Below, piece by piece: positions 26,453-37,957 of a stretch of DNA of 64,000 nt. The notes below the pieces were generated by a model that saw only the letters and a list, made by a program, of their open reading frames with translations, was not told where the DNA came from and ran no database searches. The position numbers were made by a program, and so were the translations under genes. The stretch is taken from the NCBI RefSeq assembly GCF_001194135.2, contig NC_068982.1, positions 10,853,681 to 10,917,680 on the forward strand, given 5' to 3'. Numbering within the stretch: position 1 is the first letter of the stretch; the number at the start of each line of letters is the position of its first letter. Source of the DNA: Octopus bimaculoides. Lineage: Eukaryota.

Positions 26453-26628
26453 TTGAAAAATACCTTAGGAATGAGAACCCAGGTTCGAAATTCCCCCAAG
26501 ACACCTGATGAAGGCTGGGGGTATATCAGCCGAAACGTTGTGTTAACAATAAACAAGATGAGGACAAATATCCGTCAGATGTAAATAATGTAAATAATAT
26601 ACATAATTCCTCATCTCTTAAATATAGA
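26272..26628 (+). mobile_element. tRNA-headed SINE-like element with (AAT/AAC)n spacer and hammerhead-containing 3' part
   Basis: cactg...cagtg acceptor-like ends, B box gagttcgattcc (26313-26324), (AAT)n at 26339-26450 and a hammerhead at 26500-26544. The 3' boundary is approximate and no TSD was seen. Confidence 0.7.
26500..26544 (+). ncRNA. Minimal type I hammerhead ribozyme
   Basis: GACAC|CTGATGA|A|GGCTG-ggggtatat-CAGCC|GAAA-CG-T|T|GTGTT: canonical CUGAUGA and GAAA core, 5-bp stems I and II, palindromic ACGU stem III. Confidence 0.8.
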
Positions 26629-27400
26629 GCCAATACCGCAAGTTATGCAATGGCTCTACCAATTTACTATCTTAGTGACATACTGAGAATCAATTTAATT
26701 GAATATAATCCAGACAAGTAAATTTATGACTCTGCGCCAAGGCGAGAAATTAATATTGTCTATGATGAAGTACATTGGATGCCAGAATCAGCAAAATCCG
26801 GACAAAGTTCTTTGTTGTATTTAGTTACTTTCGTTTAGTTTTGTTTCCAATTCAAACAACGCTGGGGATCGAATTTGCCGTTTCTCCCTTCGGTGTCAAT
26901 ACAATAAGTACTACTGAAGTACTGTAGTAGATGGAATTGACTGTATTACTCTCTGAACCGTTTGAATTTCTGCCAATGTTATAAATAAATTTTCCCTGTT
27001 AGTGATTTATTCAGGATGTAGCAAACGAAAAAAAACAATAAATCTGACATGCTGGCAAATGATGTATATTTATGAAGCTGTAAATTGTATATAAAAACAT
27101 TGACCAATGTGGCTTAAGTGTTTAGATTGATGTAGTGGATATTTTTTCTCAAGTTGCTAACAGCTTTTTTTTATTCTTAGCAAGAGTCCCATAAATCTTT
27201 ATTAAGATATAAGATAATTTTAAAATTTTAAACATTTTTGTGTATCAAATGAAGAGTTAATTCAGTATAGTATGAATAAATTGATATTTATTCATTATAT
27301 TAATTTAGGAATACATTTTCCGTTTTAAAATTTTTTCTCGCATTTTAATTTAAGATTTCAATTTTGATCATTATTGCATTTTTAATAAATATCATGTGAC

Positions 27401-27824
27401 AAGGCGGCGAGCTGGCAGACACGTTAGCACGCCGAGCGAAATGCTTAGCGGTGTTTCATCTGTCTTTGCGTTCTGAGTTCAAATTCCGCCGAGGTCGACT
27501 TTCCCTTTCATCCTTTCGGGGTCGATAAATAAAGTACCAGTTACGCACTGGGGTCGATGTAATCGACTTAATCCCTTTGTCTGTCTTTGTTCGTCCCCTC
27601 TATGTTTAGCCCCTTGTGGGCAATAAACAAATAAGAAACGTTAGCATGCTGGGCAAAATGTTTAGCGGTATTTCGTCTGTCTTTACGTTCTGAGTTCAAA
27701 TTCCGCTGAGATCGACTTTTCCTTTCGGGGTCGATAAATTAAGTACCAGATGCGCACTGGGGTTGATCTAATCGACTGCCCCCCATCTCCCAAAATTTCG
27801 GGCCTTGTGCCTAAAGTACAAAAG
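27401..27824 (+). mobile_element. Heterodimeric SINE family A (tail 1 unit plus tail 2 unit)
   Basis: One 17-bp TSD aataaatatcatgtgac (27384-27400 and 27825-27841) flanks both units; the second unit starts at about 27634 and lacks the first 13 or so nt of the head. Confidence 0.93.
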
Positions 27825-29886
27825 AATAAATATCATGTGACGCTTAATATTTTTCAAGTCTTTTGTGTCGTTTAATTCGTATTTATTTTCATTTTCAATA
27901 CATCAGAAAACTATTTGCAATTGGACTGCACTCAATATCATTATTCGAACTGATTTCTACTTCATACATTTAGAAGTTTAATTCTATTCTTATACTTATG
28001 TATGTCATGACTGTACAATATTATTTCATTTATTTGGCACTGAATTATGTTATAAGAGGGAAAGATTTTCTGTACATTTTGTAGTAAAGTTTATACACCC
28101 ATGTGATACGAATTATTTAAAGTATTTCATCCTCCCGGAAAACACCAATAATAAATGTCATCCAACCACATGAATTAACTGCAAGACTAGTATAATTCAT
28201 AGTCTACATTGTAAACTACTATAAAATCTTCGTTGTATTTGTATGCATACGTGTGTGTGTGTGTGTCACTTTTTTCTGTACCTGCATAGATATATTTGTG
28301 AGTGTCTAAAACATCCGTATAAGCACGTGATGTTCAATACAATTATATCGTACATAAAATTGTCTGGCATTTCTAGTATAAAGGTTTTCTATCATAAAAC
28401 ATTTTCCATTCTGCAATTTAGAAAACTCTGCATGAATGGTGAAGCAGCTGCAAATTGATCTCCTAACTTTCTGCTGTGTAAAGTGAAATCATATTTTAAT
28501 GCACGTAGCAAAATATGAATCATAGAGAAAACACTTGACATGAAATGTTGTTTGTGATTTTAACATAGTTTCTGTATCCTTTCAAATTCGAACTTATATA
28601 AATAGCTGAGTCAGAACAGCTGTTTCATGAGTTTGCACTTTTCGAATTACTGATCGCACTGCCATCATATTTAACACCTACATTGCAGGTAAACTTTTAA
28701 GTGCAACTTTTGACTGCGGAATGAATTTCATTTTTGAAAACTATTTTTCGAATAATAATAAATTGCTCGAAATTCGGTTTCCGTTGCCCAAATAATAGGA
28801 AATGGTTCTGATCATTATATTCAATATGTATTTATCATTTTCCTTTTTGAGAATTATCTTAAGTAAACTGATAAAATCTAACACTGATACTGACTTTAAA
28901 AGGTAAGATCACAAATTACATACAGTCAATTGTAGTGACCCGAATACCTGATTGCTTCCTATTCTATCACGTTGTTGATCCGGAAGGATACACCTGACAT
29001 CCGATTCCGTCGAAGCTTTAACTGAAAACACGAATGCGTTTTTAAATATGACAACGCGTTTTCCAAACGCTTGACTAATTCTGCCACCGTCATTACTCAT
29101 GATAAAATGTATTAGAAGTTCTTAGATTAACTAACTGTTACCAATTGTGTAAGAATCATTGAAAAATATGTTCGTGTTGGAATATGTAAAATGTTGACAT
29201 TCTTCAAAATAGCAACCTACATTTTTATTTTCGTCGACATCATATTAACTAGTTATCCTATTTTTTTTTAAATGTGTCCCTCTCAATATACACATGCACA
29301 CAGACCACAAACACAGACACAAACAAATTGGCATATGTGTGTATAAATATAAATATATATATANNNNNNNNNNNNNNNNNNNNNNNNNNNNNNNNNNNNN
29401 NNNNNNNNNNNNNNNNNNNNNNNNNNNNNNNNNNNNNNNNNNNNNNNNNNNNNNNNNNNNNNNNNNNNNNNNNNNNNNNNNNNNNNNNNNNNNNNNNNNN
29501 NNNNNNNNNNNNNNNNNNNNNNNNNNNNNNNNNNNNNNNNNNNNNNNNNNNNNNNNNNNNNNNNNNNNNNNNNNNNNNNNNNNNNNNNNNNNNNNNNNNN
29601 NNNNNNNNNNNNNATATATATATATATATATATATATACTGAACTACAAAATAAATGTCGCACTGTAAAATATTATTTGTTTCGCACACGATATTGGGAT
29701 TACATGGACTCTATCACATTTCTAGGTAATTTGACGTCAAGAAGATGTCACTGATCCACAACACCACTATCTTTTGAAAACACAGGGATTTCCTGTAGGG
29801 TTCGAACTCACTTTTCTTGAATATGTTAATGCTCGCAAATGCATCTTTATGAAAAGCATGATGCACATGAAAAATGTTTTGCATGT

Positions 29887-30754
29887 GGCCGACCGAGGAT
29901 TACAACAGCACGTCAAGATCTTCACATGTACTGTCAGCACATGCAGAGCCGATTCCGGAGGGCAATGGAATTAGCTAGGCAGACCAGAGGGACTCACCAC
30001 AGACCAATTTATGCAGAAGTAGTTCGCCGCCGGCTGAGATCTTTCAGTGTCTTGTCTACGTCCGGCTAGGAGCCCCATTGTCACAGATCTTCGTCAACGG
30101 GCACGTCTGAAGTGGGCTCGAAAACGTCAGAACTGGCGATATCAGCAGTGGATGACTGTAGTCTTCTCTCACGAAAGTCTATATTGCATTTCTGTGGCAG
30201 ATGGCAGAACTAGGGTTTGAAGAAGAAGGGATGAACGTCATGCCGATGGCTATGTGGTGGAGATAGATTCATGGGGAGGACAGAGCATCATGGTATGGGG
30301 TGGTATTGTACTCAACCAGAAACTTGGACCGGTGGTCTTCCAAAACATCGGCCAGGGCCGGAGCAATGGCGTAACCGCTGCTCGCTACATCGACCAAGTG
30401 TTGTGGCCTCATATTGTGTCATACTTTTCCCGTCATCGGAATCCCGTGTTCTAACACGTCAACGCTCGTGTTCATATTACCAGGTTGACAACAGACTTCC
30501 TCCAACAGTACAACATCCAGACACTGCCATGGCCTGCCCTAAGTCCGGACTTGAACTCCATAGAGCACCTGTGGAACGAAACCCAAAGAAGGCTAAATGA
30601 CATCCGTCCAAGGCCGACAAATGCGGCACAATTCACTGCAGGTTTTAACAGTGTGGGCTGCTATCCCTATTGACTTCATCAATCGTTTGGTGCATTCAAT
30701 GTACAGAAGATGCCTGGCGGTAATCAACGCTAACGATCTCACACAAGATACTAA
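29887..30754 (+). pseudogene. Tc1-family DD34E transposase fossil
   Basis: Across frameshifts and stops: GRPRITT, RLKWAR..W, VVFSHES (D to H), SIMVWGG, *HVNAR (D to V), WPALSPDLNSIEHLW. There are 34 residues between codons 30458 and 30563. Confidence 0.93.
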
Positions 30755-30956
30755 GTTCATCTCTTTGGATCCAGGACACTCCATCATCACGTGACACCAT
30801 GAGACGTCAAATATGTTTCAGGAAATGACGTTTTAGCATTAGGAAAGAACGGTTTCTTAATTAGCACTCTTCAATCAATGTTATGACAGTCTGTTAATAA
30901 ACCAGTTTCTATTTAGTATGTGTCCGACGTTTCTTTTTCGGTTCAGTTTATATACG

Positions 30957-31068
<112 letters not shown>

Positions 31069-31521
31069 TATGACTATAAATATTATTGAACAATATTCAT
31101 TTGTACATTTGAATTTGATTTCGAACATGTGTTAGAAAGAATTTGATTGTGTTTTTAGTGGCTCCATAATGATAATTGAGTTGAATATCTGTGCGAGCTT
31201 AACATTTAGTTAAAATCAGAAAAAGATTAATCGAGAATTCTTCATTGTAAAACGAATTCAGATATACAGTGTTTATTATTATATAAGCAGAGTTTGTCAA
31301 TATCTTCTTAAATGTTTTTATTGATCAAAAACAAAAACTAACGAAATTGTATCTAAAAGTTATAAAACGATGGTTTATATTTTATATATTTGTAATAAAT
31401 CATTTCATTATTTATGAATGAAGAAAGACATACGTTTGAAATGACATCCATTTATCTTGTATGTCTAATTAATTCATATCTCCAATTATTTATAAAACGA
31501 ATAAAAGTGCAATGCAGCATT

Positions 31522-31831
31522 GTTGTTGTTGTCGTTTGTTCCTTCTCGAGCCATGATTGGCTCATAAGGGCTGGTTTCCTGGTTTTGTTGGCGTATAGGT
31601 TCTCCACCTGGACGGGACGCCGGTCCGTCGCAGGTGAACTGCTAGATGCAGGAGGAGAGAGTGAGAGAAAGTTGCGACGAAAGAGTCAGAAGTTCGCCAT
31701 TACTTTCTGCCGGAGCCACATGCAGCTTAGGTGTTTCGCTCATAAACACACACACATTGCCCGGTCTGGGTTTCGAAACCGCGATCCCTTGACCGCGAGT
31801 CCGCTGCTCTAACCACTAGACCATGTGTCTC
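31522..31831 (-). mobile_element. tRNA-derived SINE family E (3' portion related to C1)
   Basis: Head tggtctagtggttagagcagcggactcgcggtc..gtttcgaaacc, (AAC)n tail and 12-bp TSD caatgca(g/a)catt (31510-31521 and 31832-31843). Confidence 0.88.
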
Positions 31832-32000
31832 CAATGCAACATTATTTGCATATAAAACTCAACACAGCTTATTTATAGCATTAACAAAATAAGTTATTCC
31901 TGAATACATAAAGATGTTTCAAGTAACAAAAGCGCTTTTCTTTCGGTTCTATGAACACTTCGGTTGTGATTTAAAGTAAAGAAACGAAAAATGTTATGAA

Positions 32001-32720
32001 TAGGTGCAGGCGAAGCTGTGTGATAAGAAGTTTGCTTCGCAACCACATGATTCCGGGTTCAGTTCCACTGCATTGAACCTTGGACGAGAGGCTTCAATGG
32101 TAGTACAGTCTCGGGTCGACCAAAATTTTGTAAGTGGATTTAGTAGCCTTTGTATATGTGTGTATGTATATATATATAANNNNNNNNNNNNNNNNNNNNN
32201 NNNNNNNNNNNNNNNNNNNNNNNNNNNNNNNNNNNNNNNNNNNNNNNNNNNNNNNNNNNNNNNNNNNNNNNNNNNNNNNNNNNNNNNNNNNNNNNNNNNN
32301 NNNNNNNNNNNNNNNNNNNNNNNNNNNNNNNNNNNNNNNNNNNNNNNNNNNNNNNNNNNNNNNNNNNNNNTATATATATATATATATTTATATATATACA
32401 CATATATATTATATATATACACACATGTATATGTATGTGCGTTTTTGTCTGTGTCTGTCCACCCCACCACCGCCTGATAACCGATGTTGGTGCGTTTATG
32501 TCCTGCAATTTAATGATTCGGTAAAAGAGACTGATAGGCTTCAAACAAATAAGTACTGAAGTTGCTCGACTAAAATTGTCCAAGGCGGTGCCCCAGCATG
32601 GTCGCAGTGTAATGACTGAAACAAATAAAACATGAACGATAAGAGAACATGACAAGAAGGTCGGAATTCTGCTCCAGCACGGCCACAGTCAAATGACTGA
32701 AACAAGTAAAAGAGTAAAAC
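32001..32720 (+). mobile_element. SINE family B across a gap, with a second 3' tail
   Basis: Head at 32001; two ccagca(t/c)gg..cagt..aatgactgaaacaa tails at about 32593-32628 and 32675-32718. Confidence 0.82.
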
Positions 32721-32860
32721 GCATGCAGCGACCCCCCCCCCCATTCATATAGAGTACACTAATACAAAGCGAATGAGCTGCAATCAATTAAACACGAAAC
32801 CTGATAAAGGTGTCTACAGGTTTCTCAACGAGATTGTTTAATTATTATGCTGAGATCTGT

Positions 32861-33114
32861 GGAGGCGCGTGGCTTAGTGGTTAAGGTGTCAGCATCATGA
32901 TCGTAAGATTGTAGTTTCGATTCCTGGACCGGGCGAAGCGTTGTGTCCTTGAGCAAAATACTTCATTTCCCGTTCCTCTAGTCCACTCAGCTAGCAAAAA
33001 TGAGTAACGCTGCGACGGATCAGTGTCCCGTCCAGCTGGTGAACACGTACGCCATTGAAACCGGGAAACTGCGCCCATGAGCCTGGTTAGGCTTTAAAAG
33101 GGCGCATTTGATTT
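32861..33114 (+). mobile_element. SINE family C (C1), full length
   Basis: Aligns along its whole length to the reverse complement of 4159-4418. Confidence 0.92.
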
Positions 33115-33175
33115 TGAAGATGGGATCTAGATTTCATAGACGGGTTGTTCAGTCGCCATAATTTAACCGATTAGT

Positions 33176-33590
33176 AAAGCAGTGAGCTGGCAGAATCGTG
33201 AGCACGCCGGGCGCAATGCTTAGCGGTATTTCGCTAAGCATTCTGAGTTCAAATTCCGCCGAGGTCGACTTTGCCTTTCATCCATTTGGGGTCGATAAAC
33301 TAAGTACCAGTTGCGTTCAGGGGTCGATCTGATCGACTGGCCCACGCCCCCAAAATTTGGGCCTTGTACCTAGAGTAGAAAAGAGTAGAATAGAATCGTG
33401 AGCACGCTGGACGAAATGCTTAGCAGTATTTCGCCCGTCGCTACGTTCTGTGTTCAAATTCCGCCGAGGTTGACTGTTCCTTTCATCCTTTTGCGGTCAA
33501 TAAAATAAGTACCAGTTGAACACTGCGGTCGATGTAATCGCCTCATCCCCCACCTCGCCAAAGCTGCTTTTGTGTCAAAAATTTGAAATA
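33176..33590 (+). mobile_element. Nested/dimeric SINE family A (tail 2 unit plus tail 3 unit)
   Basis: Outer 18-bp TSD ataatttaac(c/t)gattagt (33158-33175 and 33591-33608); inner 16-bp repeat agaatcgtgagcacgc (33192-33207 and 33392-33407). Confidence 0.92.
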
Positions 33591-34120
33591 ATAATTTAAC
33601 TGATTAGTTGTATGAAAACTAAAGACAACTTTTGCTATTGCACCTTCCCTATTTTTATAATACAATTTGATTGCTTACAATCTGATGTCTAAAATCCTTA
33701 TAAATACACGCCGTTTCAGTATTTTAGCTAACTCTCACTTTCTCTCTCTCCTTCTCTAATTTTTTCTCTCTATCTCTCATTCTCCTCTCCTTTCTCCTTT
33801 GTCTCTCTCTCTCTCCCTCTCTCTCTCTCGTTCTTTTTTTCCACCTTTTTTCCTATCTATAGATAAAATGGAGGGAACCCTTTGAAGAGTTGGTAATAAC
33901 TGGTGAAACTAGTCGAGTCGTTCTAAACTTTGTTCACTAGGCTTTTCATTTAAGAACGGATAAGTAATTGTTTTTAAGCGTAAGCATGCAAACTAATTTT
34001 ACACCGTTATCCCAAAACATGATGTTTTGTTTTAGACATATAAACATATACACACGCATACATGTGTGTGTATATGATGCACGCGTGCGTAAGTATGTAC
34101 GTGCGTTTGTAAGTACGGAC

Positions 34121-34121
34121 G

Positions 34122-34153
<32 letters not shown>

Positions 34154-34155
34154 TG
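34121..34155. repeat. (GTGC)n microsatellite
   Basis: About 8 tandem GTGC units. Confidence 0.9.
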
Positions 34156-34617
34156 TGTATGGTGGGGTGTAATCATAGACAGATAGATTATTTATTTATC
34201 GATCTTAACCAAAAGTTTGAACTTCGAAATCACTAAAATCAAAATTACATTGCTTGAATAACTTAACGATTACTTTTTAAACGGTGATGGTTTTAATGAA
34301 AGAAATAATTCGAAAAATAAATTATCATATGTCATCAATTACATAGAATGCATAATAATTTACAATGCTATTAGTATTTGCTAAGATTTTATTAGATATT
34401 TTTTTATAATAAATATATATACTTCAATAGGAAAAATTCAACCGATTTTTAAATTTATCGAAAATCGTGTACATCAAAGAGACGATACGATATGTTAGAA
34501 TGCATTTCAAGCGTTCAGAATTCAATAAAATTTTTTTAACATTTCATGATATACAATCAATATCCAATATATCGCATAAAAGATAGAAAGTTTTAAATCA
34601 GATAGCACTTACATTTT

Positions 34618-34809
34618 ATTCTTCTATTCTTTTACTTGTTTCAGTCATTTGACTGCGGCCATGCTGGAGCACCGCCTCTAGTCGATCCCAGGACTTCTTC
34701 TTTGTAAGCCTAGTACTTATTCTATCGTTCTCTTTTGCCGAACTGCTAGATTACGGGGACGTAAACACACCAGCATCGGTTGTAAAGTGATGTTGTGGGG
34801 ACAAACACA

Positions 34810-34885
<76 letters not shown>

Positions 34886-35033
34886 ACGGGCTTCTTTCAG
34901 TTTCCGTCTACCTAATTCACTCACAAGGCTTTGGGCGGCTCGTGGCTACAGTAAAAGACGCTTGCCCAAGGTATCACCTGGAACCATGTGGTTTGTAAGC
35001 AAGCTACTTACCACACAGCCACTCCTACGCCTA
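34618..35033 (-). mobile_element. SINE family B, near full length
   Basis: Tail, internal (CA)n(TA)n and head cttaccacacagccactcctacgccta. Confidence 0.92.
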
Positions 35034-35924
35034 TAATTACGTCCATAATTTTCTATGAATATTTTTCTACGACTTCGGCACGAAGGAACAATATATAAAC
35101 CATTGAGCCCCAGTGGCCGCTCTTAATAATGTCGAGAGAAAATGCAAGAATATCGTTACTGCTGAATTATTTTAAGCAACCTGAGTTCGTGTATGGCAAC
35201 CACTTCTAAAGCAACATAATACTATTAAAGTTGTCACAGCTATTCTGTGAGATCTGAGCAAACAAGCTGTTCGCAAATAGAAATAGAAAGAAACATGAAA
35301 TGAACGTTCTGCGCTACAGTCTAATTCCAATGCATAGAATTTATCTATCCAAAAATCAAACAAATTCTTTACGTGATCCTTAAACTTTTCCTGATGTAAC
35401 TCAAGAGGTTACACAGCAAACACACAACACATACACCATCATTAATTAAATATCTCCGGATAATAAACGACAATTTTACTGCAAGTCGAAATGTCTTCCA
35501 TTTACAGTTAACACTCAAGAAATATAAAGTTAGCATATTGCAGTAGTTTTCCCAATGCTCAGTATGAAGCCAAATGAACATTCAAAGCGAAGCAGAACTC
35601 TGTATATTGAGCTTTACGGACTAATATACGGTATTTGATGAATTGCCAATTATTCTGCAAGATATATCCAGATGAATATTGGTCGTAATGTATTATTCAT
35701 TTATTGATTATATCAGGAATACGAGATGATTTCAGACAAATCCAGAAATACGTTCTCCAGTGAGAAAGTAAGAGATATGCAAATTAGCAACGGTCGTAAA
35801 TGCATTCATCTAGGAATGTGCGTGCTGGTATGTATGTTCACGTTTTTATCTATCATCAATATACTTTTCTCTTTATCTTTTTATATATTATGTGTGTATG
35901 TGCATGTGTGTGTTGTGTATGTGT

Positions 35925-35940
35925 CTCTCTCTCTTTTTCT

Positions 35941-35998
<58 letters not shown>

Positions 35999-36150
35999 NN
36001 NNNNNNNNNNNNNNNNNNNNNNNNNNNNNNNNNNNNNNNNNNNNNNNNNNNNNNNNNNNNNNNNNNNNNNNNNNNNNNNNNNNNNNNNNNNNNNNNNNNN
36101 NNNNNNNNNNNNNNNNNNNNNNNNNNNNNNNNNNNNNNNNNNNNNNNNNN

Positions 36151-36237
<87 letters not shown>

Positions 36238-36364
36238 TAATGTATGTATGTATATATATATGTATGTATTATGTATGTATATATAAATATATACATATAT
36301 AAATATATACATATATATATACATATATATACATATATATACATATATACATATATATACATAC

Positions 36365-36397
<33 letters not shown>

Positions 36398-36420
36398 TGT
36401 TTGCATGCATGCATGTATGT
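35925..36420. repeat. Compound (TC)n / gap / (TA)n / (TATG)n microsatellite block
   Basis: Seen directly in the sequence. Confidence 0.95.
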
Positions 36421-37957
36421 ATGTTTGTTTGTATGTGGGTGTACGTGTGTATAAAATTATGCGCGTGTGTTTGTGTATATACGAAGATAACCAGTAAACA
36501 TACTTTGCATTTTATAGGAATTTTATCGATATTATATGGGTGTGCCTTCTCATCTTAGCGGAAAATTAATTGTACAACAATCATGATACCCTACTTAAGA
36601 ACACTCTTGAGCAGAAACGAATTAGTGTTTTACATGTAGAAAGATATGATCATGCGCAGACACACACGCTTGTACATGTGAACAGTTGTGGGCATATGTC
36701 TGTGTATGCGTGTACGGTAGAGCCCTAACAAATATTGTCTTGGATGTAAAACGATTAAATTTTATTAAATCTTAAGGTTTTATTACATAAAAATCTAGTG
36801 ATTCTTATTTATCGATATGGAACAGCTCATAGTTCATTTATAACAGCTATATTATTATTTCAGTTTGTGATATTGCGTATTGGTATATAACTTCCAATAA
36901 TATTGCTAGATATGGTTTTCTGTCTATGCATAAATTTAAGCAAGATTACATTATTGTATTTTATGTCATATCACATCTGGTAGAGGCAATAAATATTTTT
37001 TTCTGACTGCAGCATTTAAATTGGAAATATATGAATTCCATAGGCGCAGATATACTGGGAATATATACAAACTATGTTTTGCAATTAATTCGCAAACAAA
37101 CCTTGCTACAGTCTCATTTAATAATCTTTCATTTCGTATATATATTTTTCGTTCAGTGTTTCCTAGAATTTGGCGTATGGTTATCAGAACACAAAAATAG
37201 CATGATGTGTAGATGCTGGGATGAGAGTTCTTTTTTCCATTTTTTAATCTGAAATATTGAGAAAGAAGTCCCAGATTATTTACTGAACTGTTCTCAATCC
37301 GCATTATAATCACCTTTATTGCGTGTTTATTTGTTACTGAATATCTCTGTTTCAGAACAGACACTGTAGCATTCAACAAGTTGAACATCTTTATTTTTAT
37401 CATGCTGTCCCCACACATTTTTCTATCTCCATGAAGAATTTTCAGTTCATCTCCATTAGAAGCAATATGAAATATATCAGAAATATCTAGGCTTATATTC
37501 TTAGTTCAATTTCTCCTCTACGATTATTGAAACCATCTCATAAATTGAGATTAAGTAGACGCTGACTTGATAGAACACCAATATCCATGAATCTTTATTT
37601 CATTAAACAATTGTATTACATGTCATTTATCAAAAGTACTACGAGAAAAACAGTCTTCCATGCGGTGCATTACGAAGGACCTCATTGTCTAATGTTGTCC
37701 GTTCTTAACTTTGATAGATCAGAGTCTCTAATGTTGAGAAATATATGGAGTAGAAAGGAAACAATTGGTGAAATAACGCTTAAAAATTTACAAGGAAAAT
37801 TGGAAGGTATAAAATAGTGAAACACAGAAGTAATTCAGTTTGTAATTTCCGCTGTCTCTTTAAAAGAATAGAAATTATAACAATATCACAAATGAGCGTA
37901 AATTGACTGACGGCGGATCGTAGCAAAGATTGTGGCAGGAAAACGAGAAGAATTAAT

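Noticed and set aside
28909-29100. 63-aa ORF with a possible internal acceptor and donor
   Set aside because: Short, no family match recognised and within chance expectation.
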